DNA of 64,000 bases from Octopus sinensis (Eukaryota): assembly GCF_006345805.1 (NCBI RefSeq), contig NC_043003.1:8308001-8372000 (forward strand). Reading direction: 5' to 3'. Of the stretch, positions 14,076 to 26,654 are shown piece after piece. The notes under the pieces are model-generated. The model was given only the letters and a program-made list of their open reading frames with translations. It was not told the origin of the DNA and searched no databases. Position numbers and translations under genes: made by a program. How positions within the stretch are numbered: position 1 is the stretch's first letter; each line of letters begins with the position of its first letter.

Positions 14076-14609
14076 ATATATATATATATATGTTATGCGA
14101 CGGCTTCCACATAATTTTCCTCAACAAAGTTCACTCTGGTCGAACTGGGGTTATAGCAGTAGACACTCGCCAAGAATATAACGCAGTGGGACTGAATTAG
14201 AAACCGCTTGGTTGCCTTACGAGCTTCCTAAACTTACATCTATAGCTGTACTATTGTCTTGTGTTTTTATTTACGATACTCTTTTTTAGTTCGAGAAATG
14301 CTTTTATTTTTAATGCCTAAAACCTTGACATCTCTCTTTCCAGATCTTTATATTTGGATAGTTTCTCTCTTCCAATTTGTGACATCTTATCTTATAGCTG
14401 ATCTTTCGACCAGCAGACATGTTCCTAGATATCCTTTAACAGCAATAAGCAGCCGTTTTGCCTTAGTTTCACTTCTGAGGTCAACTGCAATAACCCGAAC
14501 TATATTCACTTGATCACTCTTTGACACATCTTAAAGCATGTCTTTATATTATCCACTCAATGATGTTATCTCATCATGACGGTGTCACTTTCAGTGTGTT
14601 TGTGAAAGC

Positions 14610-15160
14610 TTCCCACACTCACCAGGAGGCATTTCTATGTATGTATGTATGTTTCTTTGTTTGTATGTATGTATGTATGAACGTATGTATGTTTGTATGC
14701 ATGTATGTATGAATGTATGTACGTTTGTACGTATGTATGTATTTACGTATGTATGTATGCACCAATGTATACATGAATGTTTGTACATATGTATGTACTA
14801 TGTATGCACCTATGAATATATATATGTATGCACTTACGTATGTACGTATGCATGCACCTATGTATGTATGCATATGTATATGTATGTACGTGTGTTTGTA
14901 TGTATGCACATTTGTATGTACGGATTCTGCACCCATGAAAGTATATATGTATGCACGTATGTATGTACGTATGTATGAACCTGTGTATGTATGTATATAT
15001 GTATGTACGTGTGTTTGTATGTATGTGTGCACGTATGTATGTATAAATTCTTGTATGTACGTATGTATGTTTGTATGTATGTACATATGTACGCACGTGT
15101 GTATATATGTACGTATGGATGCACTTGTATGCGTGCCTGTATGAATACGTTTGTATGTAC
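14610..15160. repeat. Degenerate (TATG)n-rich tract
   Basis: Continuous TATG/TACG/TGCA variants; the ORFs here are artefacts of the repeat. Confidence 0.9.
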
Positions 15161-15419
15161 GTTCCTTTGAATTAAACGCTTAGGAGAAGGAAATTCCGAA
15201 ATATCACCCACCTCAATGCAAACCCAGAAATCTTGGCTTTGTTGGTGAGTGTCTGAGCAGAGTTGTGCAAGTTGTTATTGACTTTAAATTTCAGCTCTGG
15301 AGTGGCTGAAAGTGATTGTCTTTAATATGTCCAAGTACATGATTTGTCAGTGATGATCATAGCCGTCAATGAGTTTGCTTGTGACGGATTACTCCTTTTT
15401 TTTATAGTATTTCAATTAC

Positions 15420-15655
15420 TCCCGTAACGAATAATTTCCTTAATGCATAAGACTCCGGAAAGGGTTAAGTTTGTATATAGAAACCCCACTTTATATATTG
15501 TAACGGATAATTTCCTTAATACATAAGACTCCGGGAAGGCTTATGTCTGTATATATATAAACCCCACTTTATATATTGAAACGAATAATTCCCTTAATAC
15601 ATAAGGCTCCGGAAAGGCTTACGTTTCTATATAGAAACCCCACTTTATATATTTT
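15420..15655. repeat. About 76-78-bp tandem repeat, 3 copies
   Basis: AACGAATAATTTCCTTAATACATAAGACTCCGGAAAGG...GAAACCCCACTTTATATATT recurs at about 15424, 15500 and 15578. Confidence 0.85.
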
Positions 15656-16262
15656 GGTTAATAGCATATGGATCCACCGATGTACAGCTACCCGTGTATA
15701 ATATACGTAACATAGCATCGATACAAACAGTTCATTCTCAAGAACTGTTTCCTTGACAGCGGTAGAGGTAGAAGAAGCAGAAAAAACAGAAAGGAAGACA
15801 GCAATAATGGCCACAGTTTTTCAAAAACAACCATGCAATCTCTATAAATAGATTCCGTATTATTTGAAATGTTTTCCTAGCAATATGGAGAGTGTCTTGT
15901 ATTAAAGTTTTTTTTTTCTTTTTTTATGAATAACTAAGACTCTTCCTTTAGGAAATGCTTTGCGTTTCTCACAGACACAACAATATGATTCTGTTTTGTT
16001 CAGTTGTAATGCGGTTTGTGCTGTTTACTTCGGCTTAGCATACTCCATGTTTGTAATACCTTGTTGAGCTAAAAGTTATTCAGTTTTTCTTAAATGTCAC
16101 TTCGTTCGTTTCATAGTTTTTTTCTTTTCTGGGTTTTGTTTTTTCTGAGTAAAATACAGTAGAACCTCGGCTTCCGTTCAACTCTGAGCACGAATAAAAC
16201 ATGCTTTATCTCCTGTCTTTCTCATATTCATTTAATACAGTAGTACCTCGGTTTACATATAT

Positions 16263-16265
16263 ATG

Positions 16266-16301
<36 letters not shown>

Positions 16302-16302
16302 A

Positions 16303-16338
<36 letters not shown>

Positions 16339-16448
16339 ATGTCTCTCTATCTATCTATCTATCTATCTATCTATCCATCTATCTATCCATCTATCTATCT
16401 ATCTATCTATCTATCTATATGTCTCTCTATATATCTCTCTATCTATCC

Positions 16449-16493
<45 letters not shown>

Positions 16494-16560
16494 ACTATCT
16501 CACTCTCTCTCTCTCTCTCTCTCTCTCTATGTATCTATATATCTATCTATATATATATAT
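16263..16560. repeat. (TATC)n/(TC)n microsatellite inside a possible pogo/Tigger-like MITE remnant
   Basis: TATC array flanked by CAGTAGTACCTCGG (about 16240) and CCGAGGTA (about 16600). Confidence 0.6.
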
Positions 16561-16817
16561 ATAAATACGATTTATTCGCGATCAGAGTTGTTCGAAAACC
16601 GAGGTATTCGGCTCATATCTTTTTCAAATTCGTTCTGTGTGCATTGAGGTTAACCTGAGTTTACGATTAGGTGCGGTTCAGCCTCGTTATTTAGACGTTC
16701 GCTTGATTAAGATGTATTTCCAATTTTCTTACTTTTATAACTCTAAAGGTTTTGATAATCACTTTGGTATAATAGATAGGGCCAATAGCAGTGCTAAGTT
16801 AAGTACAAGCCTTTAAT

Positions 16818-17395
16818 ATTCTTTTCTGCTCTAGGCACACGACCCGAAATTTTTTGGGGTGGGGGAGGGTGCCAGTCGATTAGATTGACCCCAGTACGTA
16901 ACTCGAACTTAATTTATCGACCGTGAATGGATGAAAGGTAAAGTCGACTTCTGCGGAATTTGAAATCAGAACGTAAAGACAGATAAAATACCCATTTCTT
17001 TACTACCCATAACGGGCTAAACACAGAGGACAAACAGATTAAGTCGATTACATTAACCCCTGTTCGTAACTGGTACTTATCTAATCGACTCCGAAAGTAT
17101 GAAAGGCAAAGTCAACCTCGGCGGAATTTGAACTCAGAACGTAACGGCAGACAAAATACCTATTTCTTTACTACCCACAAGGGGCTAAACACAGAGGGGA
17201 CAAACAAGGACAGACAAACGGATTAAGTCGATTATGTCGACCCCAGTGCGTAACTGGTACTTATTTAATCGACCCCGGAAGCATAAAAGGCAAAGTCGAC
17301 CTCAGTGGAATTTGAACTCAGAACATAGCGGCAGACGAAATACCGCTAAGCATTTCGCCGTGCGTGCTAACGTTTCCGCCAGCTCGCCGCCTTAC
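16818..17395 (-). mobile_element. Chain of three S1 SINE copies
   Basis: Head at about 17395; tail-to-body junctions at 17160/1 and 16992/3; the last copy carries tail variant 2. Confidence 0.85.
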
Positions 17396-19619
17396 AAGCC
17401 TTTACTACTAATTAATGAATTGATTAATTGAGGCAGGTGTAGCTGTGTGGTTAAGAAGCTCACTTTGCAACCACGTGGCTTGGTGTTCAATTTCAATACG
17501 TTGCACCTTTGTGAAGTGTTTCCTATTATGACCACGGACCAACCAATGCATTGGGAACGAATTTGGTAGAGGGGAAACAGTGTGGATCCCTGACGTATTT
17601 ATGTGTGTAGGTATGTGTGTGTGTATGTGCGTGGAACTTCGTGTTTGTCAACACTCGCTGCTTGACAACCGATGTTGGTTTGTTTACGTCCCCGTTTCCT
17701 AGCGCTTCAGTAAAAGGGACCGCTAGGATAAATACCACAAACCCCATTCCCTACAAAAAAAAAAGTAACTAATGGTGTCGATTTCTTAGACTAAAACCTT
17801 ATATCGCAGTACCACAGCATGGCTGCGGGCCAACGATAGTGATAAATGATATATGATATATGATATTTATAGTAAACGACAAATGATAAAGGATCTATGA
17901 TAAATGATGTATGATATTTATAGTAAACGATAAATGAGATATGAATTAGTAATTCTAGTTTGATAAAGATGCCGGTAGAACTGTTTCCATTCTTTCATGA
18001 AATGCTTCGTGTATTTACGTATCATTAAAGTTACGTTACTCATGATAAGTATATCGTATAGACAACATGGTCGAACGCCTTCTCGTTGCTAACATGTGGC
18101 ATGCAAAAACCCAAATCTTCATTGATCTGTAATCAATGTTTACTGTTATATCAACCTTTGCAGCATCCTTTTTGTTTTTAAGTATTCTGTTTCTATATTT
18201 GATGTCATTTTTTTTTACTTATAATTATTTCTCTTTGGACCCACTTCGTGGTACTGGGACACCCATCTTTCTGGCCCTTAACATTCCTCTCAGGACAAGG
18301 TGCAGTCTTGTTTTAAATTTTACCGTCAATGGATAGAAGGCTGCAATATATATTTTAAACGAATCTCCTTACTTATGGTTCGAATGTATCCCTTGTTAAC
18401 CTACAGAAAGGTCGACATGGTGTAGTTATACTTCCAAACCCTTGAAGATTTTTTATGGTCTTATTCGTGCCAAGCACGAAGCTGGTGTTTGTATGAGACT
18501 CGCGATTTAGAAAATGGTGGTTATTGCTGATCGGACACGATGGAAGAGGTACCCGAGGTCTCTACTACCATGACCTTCTGGGAAATAGAAGACGGGAAAG
18601 ATGGAAGAGTTATCTTATTATAATTTTAGAATAAACATTTTAATTTAGCAAATTTGTTCGAATCTAAAGTTATTTTTTAAAAAAGGGTTATTTTTCTCCA
18701 AATGTTGCGAATACGTGGAGGGATCCGATTTTCTTTGTAGATTGTCTCCGTTTATTTATATCTCTAGAATAGAAACATATTTCTTTCGTGCCTATCCAGG
18801 TTTCCTTTTTTCCTTTTTTATTTGTAAAAATTGAGGGGTATAATCGGCTCATTTATAGTGCGTATCATCCGATTCATTTCTGGTAACGGAAACGTTTCGA
18901 CATATGACTATTCATACATTAAAAGCAAGTACTGTTTCGAGTTCTATGGCTAATGGGACGAGTTGCCCGGTTTCCATAGTGTGTAAGTGACCGATGACAC
19001 ACTGCTATCTCCTAACTGACGCTGGATTACTCATTTAAAGGTGAGTGAAATTATGGTTTTTCTCAAGAGTACGACGCACCGCTCAATCCGGGAAACGAAA
19101 CCACTATCTCGAGATCGTCAATGCAACTCCCTAGCCACTGGGTCAATCACCTTCACATTTGTACTTTTCGTGTCAAACATTTAAAGTACTCATAACCCTT
19201 GATAGGATTTCCAATGGTATTGTATTGATTTCCCTTACATCAAACAAATCCTAAAAGAAAAGGAAGGCCACGAAGTATAATGCAATCGATTTTATACAAT
19301 AATAAAATACTCAGCGGCGGCTTGCTGCTAAACAACAACCACGAGAACAACAACAGAAGCAACAACAGCATTAACTACAGAGACAACGGGATTTGCGGAA
19401 ATTAGACCTCAAAAGTGAAACATGATGGTCAGGACTTGAATATCTTTGATCATACACCTTCTTAATTAGCGCTGGCCTGGGGCTAAACAGCAACACAAGA
19501 ATGAAACAATCAGCTGTAGGAAAATAAATTGTCTCACACGTCAAGTGGAGAATGAAGGGGACATCGCCTTGGGAAGCACAACAGGAACAGAAGAGAATAA
19601 TTGATCGTGTCAGGGAGAG

Positions 19620-19774
19620 GTGAGGTGGGGGGGTGATGTTGTGTTGTTGTTGTTGTTGTTGGTCGTGGTGGTGGTGGTGGTGGTGGTGGTGGTGGTGATA
19701 GATAATGTGATAATGATGATGATGATGAGGAGGAGGGGGATGATGTAAATGATGTTCTTGATGTTGATGATAAA

Positions 19775-19811
<37 letters not shown>

Positions 19812-20230
19812 GTTATGGTGATGATGATTACCATCACCATCATAACTATAGTCAACAGCATCATCATCATCACCGTCATCATCACCATGAATAACATCAT
19901 TATCACCATCACCATCATCGCCATCATCTCCAACGTCATCGTCGTTATCATCACCATCATCATCACCATCATCACCGCCATCATCATCCTCACCATCAAC
20001 ATCATCATCAACAATGTCATCACAATCATCGTCATCGACAACAGCATCATCAGCGTAATCATCGTGAATGATAACACCATCATCATCCTTCACCCCCACC
20101 TCGCCTCCTATTCCTCCTCCTCCTCCTCCTCATCATCATCATCATCATCATCATCGTCATCAATGACAACTCCAAAACCAGTACCATCAACCTAATCATC
20201 ATTAACGCCAGCAGCATCGTCATTATCGCC
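19620..20230. repeat. Compound trinucleotide tract (GTT/GGT/GAT then CAT/CAC/CCT)
   Basis: Orientation flips from (GAT)n to (CAT)n at about 19828. The poly-His/Asp/Met ORFs are repeat translations. Confidence 0.9.
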
Positions 20231-20629
20231 ATGAAATCTTATACCCATTAACTTCGCCAGTTGCTATGGCGAGCAAAGTCGGTTGGCTGGAGTAGATTTA
20301 TGTATTTATGTGTCATAAAAACAATAATAACCAGTGAGAAGAGACGTAAAGTGAAACTGAAGAAATAACAGGAAGACAAACATTATTTCGCCGTTGCGGT
20401 TAAATGACATTCAAAATAACCCAGTGCGGAGGAGGATCGCTCTATTTACATACACACACATACATACATACATACATAGATACATACACACACATACATA
20501 GATACATACATACATACATGTATATATATATATATATGTATGTAAATATGTATGTATGTATATATATGTATATATATATACATACATACATATATATGTA
20601 TGTATGTATATATGTATATATATATGATT

Positions 20630-20970
20630 AAGTAGTTGAATGAATTATCCTAGTATGGATAATTCGGTTAACCGATACCCGGGTAGCAAATTTACGTCAG
20701 AAAGCACGGTTGAAGCTACATGCCAAGGGCAGAAATCACGTGCTTTCGTGTGGAAATTTGTGTGCTTTTTTACTATAGATAAATGAAAGAATGGAGTCGA
20801 ACGACGATTTGACAAAGTTCCTTTATTCTCGACACATGTTTCGAAGACTGCATATTCTTAATTCCGAAGGAATAAAGGGTGCATTATGCCGTCTTCTCAC
20901 CAGGAAAGACAAGGAACTTGTGTCAGCATCATGACGAACAAACACTTTTAGATGACTGCCCACACGGAGT
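20630..20970 (-). mobile_element. Hammerhead-bearing element family A, copy 2
   Basis: Homologous to 13731-14075. Confidence 0.75.
20827..20907 (-). ncRNA. Type I hammerhead ribozyme (family A; CUGAUGA mutated to CUGGUGA)
   Basis: TTTC-CTGGTGA-GAAGAC[42 nt]GTCTTC-GAAAC-ATGT-GTC^GAGA, with palindromic ACATGT in stem III. Together with copy 1 it gives an intact consensus. Confidence 0.6.
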
Positions 20971-21037
20971 CCATAGTAATAATGAGTGTTTCTTAAAAAT
21001 ATTCCGTTGTGACAGTATATATATATATATATATATA

Positions 21038-21085
<48 letters not shown>

Positions 21086-21702
21086 GCTTTTTCGGTAAAA
21101 TCCGAAGCATTAAATAGAGAGAGATGAATTATAATTTCAACAATTGAGGGTAAAATTAATTAATTGAGTTGACTAATCTAGAAACGTACGTTCTCAAATA
21201 ACCTTTGCATTTGATTTTTTAATGTCTTTACCCCCATACTTTCGTGAGTTGAATTGAGCAAACACTATATGAGAGAGATTTTCTTTAAGTATTAGAAATA
21301 GTTTTAAAAAAGTTTTTTTAGCTACTATTTCTAATGAGTTCAGTATGTGGCAAAGTAATTTATTTTACTAAGCCCTTTTATATAATGTAATAATTTGCAT
21401 TCGCCTTAATGGTCCCTTGCATACTGAATACTTGGTGAAATTGATAAATAATTAATTAATTTTACCCTCAATTGTTGAAATTATAATTCATCTCTCTCTA
21501 TTTAATGCTTCGGATTTTACCGAAAAAGCATAGTGTTTACTGATTTTAACCCACGCTGGTGGAAAGGGGAGAGCAGAAATTCTTCGCTTGCATATTTTGA
21601 GTTTGCTGGCACTGTTAGTTTCGAGCAGATCTTCAGAAGCGATAAGAAGCCGAAAGGGTATGCTCCCACTTTCAGTGTTTTCAAATCCAAACCAAGGAGT
21701 TC

Positions 21703-21754
21703 TGAGCTGATGATAGAAATGTCGAGTTGACTAATCTAGAAACGTACGTTCTCA
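21703..21754 (+). ncRNA. Type I hammerhead ribozyme (family B)
   Basis: TGAG-CTGATGA-TAGAAATGTCGAGTTGACTAATCTA-GAAAC-GTAC-GTT^CTCA. Stem I TGAG/CTCA, stem II TAGA/TCTA plus GTC/GAC, palindromic AACGTACGTT in stem III. Confidence 0.75.
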
Positions 21755-22260
21755 ATAACCATTGCATTTGATTTTTTAATGTCTTTACCCCCATACTTTC
21801 GTGAGTTGAATTGAGCAAACACTATATGAGAGAGATTTTCTTTAGTATTAGAAATAGTTTTAAAAAAGTTTTTTTAGCTACTATTTCTAATGAGTTCAGT
21901 ATGTGGCAAAGTAATTTATTTTACTAAGCCCTTTTATATAATGTAATAATTTGAATTCGCCTTAAATGGTCCCTTTGCATACTGAATACTTGGTGAAATT
22001 GATTAATAATTAATTAATTTTACCCTCAATTGTTGAAATTATAATTCATCTCTCTCTATTTAATGCTTCGGATTTTACCGAAAAAGCATAGTGTTTACTG
22101 ATTTTAACCCACGCTGGTGGAAAGGGGAGAGCAGAAATTCTTCGCTTGCATATTTTGAGTTTGCTGGCACTGTTAGTTTCGAGCAGATCTTCAGAAGCGA
22201 TAAGAAGCCGAAAGGGTATGCTCCCACTTTCAGTGTTTTCAAATCCAAACCAAGGAGTTC

Positions 22261-22312
22261 TGAGCTGATGATAGAAATGTCGAGTTGACTAATCTAGAAA
22301 CGTACGTTCTCA
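22261..22312 (+). ncRNA. Type I hammerhead ribozyme (family B, second unit)
   Basis: Identical to 21703-21754. Confidence 0.75.
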
Positions 22313-22504
22313 AATAACCATTGCATTTGATTTTTTAATGTTTTTACCCCCATACTTTCGTGAGTTGAATTGAGCAAACACTATATGAGAGAGATTTTCT
22401 TTAAGTATTAGAAATAGTTTTAAAAAAGTTTTTTTAGCTACTATTTCTAATGAGTTCAGTATGTGGCAAAGTAATTTATTTTACTAAGCCCTTTTATATA
22501 ATGT

Positions 22505-22536
<32 letters not shown>

Positions 22537-22689
22537 TATACATATGCATATATGCATCCGTTTATGTACATACATCTATACGTGTATATTATATATATAT
22601 ATATATATATATCTATATATATATATATATATAATATATATGTATATACATATGCATATATGCATCCGTTTATGTACATACATCTATAC

Positions 22690-22735
<46 letters not shown>

Positions 22736-23359
22736 GGACAAAAGACGTCACGAAACGTTTACGAAAAAAGTACGAAATACGAGTACATGGAATATGAACT
22801 ATTTTTTCGAACAATGAAAGACACAAATGGAAAACAAGACAAACAATAAAAAAAAAACTACCCTTCATCAGTTGTTGGCAATTTTACCTAGTCTCGTATT
22901 TCGAGCATTTAACAACAAGATACCCTTTTGATAAAACAGTTGTTCCCGCAAAGAAAATTAAATACGTACAGGACAGTGAAAACAAACAGGAAGGGTTGCT
23001 AAGCCTAAACGAAGTTGTGGTGGCGAACGCACAAATCAGGCTTGGATAGGAGACTGAGAAGCTACAACGAAGAGAAAGAAACACAAGTTAGAAGGAAGAG
23101 GGCCGATGGCCACGTGGAAGCCACGTGAGCAAGGACGGAAGAGTGAGGGAGAGAGAGAGTGTGACAGACAGAGAATTGTGAAGGGGAGAGGAAAACTTTG
23201 GAGATAGGATAAATGAGAAAAGCAGGAGGGGGAGAGGAGGAGAAAGGAAGAGAGTAAAAACGAAAGAGTAAAACGACAGTAGTGTGCGCATCAGAATTGT
23301 TAAGATAAAACATACTTGGAAGAGGATGCGTGGTGTTCAATCATATAATAATATAAATA

Positions 23360-23447
<88 letters not shown>

Positions 23448-23686
23448 CATACATGCATATATACATATGTGTGTGCGTGTGTGTGTGTGTATAAAGATGA
23501 ATGAAATAGAGAGATACTATTGACAATCCAATAATTTATTTATATTATAATATATCATGATATACTATGAATATAATATAACAATATCATATAACATAGA
23601 CAATTATTTACAAAAAACACAAAAAGGCCAACAAATTCTTTCGAATTATATATATTTTCTCTTATATATATACACAATAACAGTTC

Positions 23687-23738
<52 letters not shown>

Positions 23739-23745
23739 ACATACA

Positions 23746-23825
<80 letters not shown>

Positions 23826-24094
23826 TATATGGTATGACAGTTATATAATTTGGGGGTTGAAATTTTGATACAAGGCCTGCAATTTCGGGGTGAGTGGGGT
23901 TAATCAACTACATTGACTCCTATGGTCAACTGGTACATATTTTATCGACACCGAAAAGATAAATAGTAAAACCGACCCCGCAGAATTTGAGTTCAGAACG
24001 TAAAGACTGACAGCATTAACATAACTATAAACTCGAGAAAATCGTTGGTAAAAGAAATACACCCCACTTCTCCTAATGTATGTGGGACTGTATG

Positions 24095-24142
<48 letters not shown>

Positions 24143-24164
24143 TAGATAAACTTAGATATGTTTC

Positions 24165-24640
24165 GACCAATGATTGGTCCAGGCCATGTCTAACTTAATA
24201 GCACCACCTGATAGGATTATTTGAATCCTGTTTAAGTCAAGTTTTGTTTATGGTCCATTCAAGTAGTGAGTTCTTGTTGGGTGAGTTGTATCCAATTATG
24301 GGTGGCTTATCTGGTATTCTTTGAAGGAATCTATCCAGACTCCGTTTAAAGTTGATGGGATCCTGTTCCTCTTTGATCAGTTTCGGGACAATATTAAATA
24401 GGGCAGGGCCTGTTGAGGAAAAGAAATTATGTTGTAGTGTAGATGTATGCTGTGATTTTGAATTGGGCAGGGGACCTGTGGCCCGTGGTCCCAGTCTTGG
24501 ATGAACCTTGAAGCTAATGTTCAGGTCGTTTGGGCAAAGTTGGCGGTATATTCTCCACATCGTACAAATGATGTACCATATGTAACATATGGTATAATTA
24601 TAAACAGGGCAAATTTTAGCCAATTCTCCGCACACAGAAA
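24165..24640 (-). mobile_element. 3-prime fragment of a CR1-group LINE
   Basis: ORF 24237-24635 (...NFKRSLDRFLQRIPDKPPIIGY...) and the 3-prime end GGCCATGTCTAACTTAATAGCAC match the element at 60898-61300. Confidence 0.8.
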
Positions 24641-24783
24641 ATGATAAAATATGATAAGTAACCTTAATTGATTTTCGAACCTTAATGGGTTCTCATCAGG
24701 GGCGTCTGCATCATTCTGACTGTCTTTAGAGAAACCAACAGCGAAATTTTTATATACTCAACACACACACACACACACACACG

Positions 24784-24834
<51 letters not shown>

Positions 24835-25188
24835 GAATATACATATATATATATATATATATAAGGATATGTGTGTGAGTGTATGTGTGTGTGTAAACAT
24901 ATGTGTGTACGAAGTATATGTGTGTACGTATATATGAGCATGCAGTTATAGTTATCTACATGTATCTTTTAATCTTTTACTCTTTTACTTGTTTCAGTCA
25001 TTTGACTGCGGCCATGCTGGAGCACCGCCTTTAATCGAGAAACTCGACCCCGGAACTTATTCATTGTAAGCCCAGTACTTATTCTATCGGTCTCTTTTGC
25101 CGAACCGCTAAGTGACGGGGACGTAAACACACCAGCATCGGTTGTCAAGCGATGTTGGGGGACAAACACTGACATACAAACATACACG

Positions 25189-25241
<53 letters not shown>

Positions 25242-25946
25242 GATGGGCTTCTTTCAGTTTCCGTCTGCCAAATCCACTCACAAGGCTTTGGTCGGCCCGG
25301 GGCTATAGAAGAAGACACTTGCCCAAGGTGTCATGCAGTGGGACAGAATTCGGAACCATGCGGTTGGTAAACAAGCTACTTACCACACAGCCACTCCTGC
25401 GCCTATGTATATGTTTCTATAAATGTGTTTCTATGTGCGCGGTTTGTATGTACTTTGTTTGCCCCATGGCATACTGACGTACGGTTGGTGAATGAGTAAA
25501 ATTGTTGAAAGGTCAAATGTTTTCTTTGATGTTCTTCGAGACCTCGTTGACTTCGTACAGAAGATTATTACAGAACACATTCTCTTGGCATTGGCCTGAC
25601 CTCTCTGTCTTGGCATTGGTTTGACCTCTTTGTCATTATGTATTCATCCACAATTTTTATAGAATCTTGAAATCAGCAGCGAGTTTGGCCTCCTACTTAT
25701 CAATCTGTCATTGCTAAAAGCAAATTATTTACTTATATCTTCATTATATACTTTTGCTATCTTTTACTTGTTTCTGTCATTAGACTGCGGCCAAGTTGAG
25801 GCACAGCCTTGAAGAATTTTAATCGAATATATCGACCTCAGTGCTAATTCTTTAAAAACCTGGTACCTATTCTATCGGTCTCTTGTGCCGAACCTCTATG
25901 TTACGGGGACGTGAATTTACCAGCCCAGGTTATCAATATATATATA

Positions 25947-25991
<45 letters not shown>

Positions 25992-26054
25992 ATATATATA
26001 AATACATACATACATACATAGATACATACATGCATACATACATACATACATACA

Positions 26055-26127
<73 letters not shown>

Positions 26128-26131
<4 letters not shown>

Positions 26132-26619
26132 TATCCGATTCTAAATTGTCCATTTATCAAATGTTCTTCCTAGAGGTAAGACAATTTTTTTTCATGTTTG
26201 TTGCACACACGCGTCTTTGCTTGTATATACGCAGTGAAGCTATACAATAGCATCGTATTTATATCGATTGCTATTTTCCAGTAAATATTGGTGCCTTGTT
26301 GTACCATTTATCTACTTTTAGATGTAGAATTTTACCCTTATGGGGCTATCTTTTACTGGAAAGTAATACATTCGTATTGCATTATTATTTTCATTGAAAC
26401 TTCTTCACTGTTCTCGTTCTGTTAACGTTTTGGCGTTCAGACGAGTGTACTGGCATTGATGTGGCAACATTTGAAATTTTGTCTAGGTAAATGCAGCTGA
26501 TGAAGACTAATCAAATTTACGTTGTCAAACGTATTTGAAGACTTAGAAACCGGTCCTGCATTATCCGATTCTAGGTTGTCCATTTATCGCATGTTCTTCC
26601 TAGAGGTAAGATAATTTTT

Positions 26620-26625
<6 letters not shown>
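26128..26625 (+). mobile_element. Hammerhead element family C: 430-bp unit plus about 65-bp repeat
   Basis: TTATCCGATTCTA..TTGTCCATTTATC...CCTAGAGGTAAGA occurs at 26131 and 26561; flanked by TA tracts. Confidence 0.8.
26490..26562 (+). ncRNA. Type I hammerhead ribozyme (family C)
   Basis: AATGCAG-CTGATGA-AGACTAATCAAATTTACGTTGTCAAACGTATTTGAAGACTTA-GAAAC-CG-GTC^CTGCATT. 7-bp stem I, GUC site, palindromic ACCGGT. Confidence 0.8.

Positions 26626-26654
<29 letters not shown>

Larger units (their letters stand above)
21083..22507 (+). mobile_element. Hammerhead element family B: 558-bp unit x about 2.4 with 5-prime inversion
   Basis: ORFs at 21533 and 22091 are identical and 558 bp apart; 21083-21165 is the reverse complement of about 21453-21533; both ends lie in (TA)n. 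Confidence 0.85.

Noticed and set aside
19371-20195. 242-aa Asp/His-rich ORF and overlapping ORFs
   Set aside because: Open in several frames on both strands because of trinucleotide repeats; no domain recognised.
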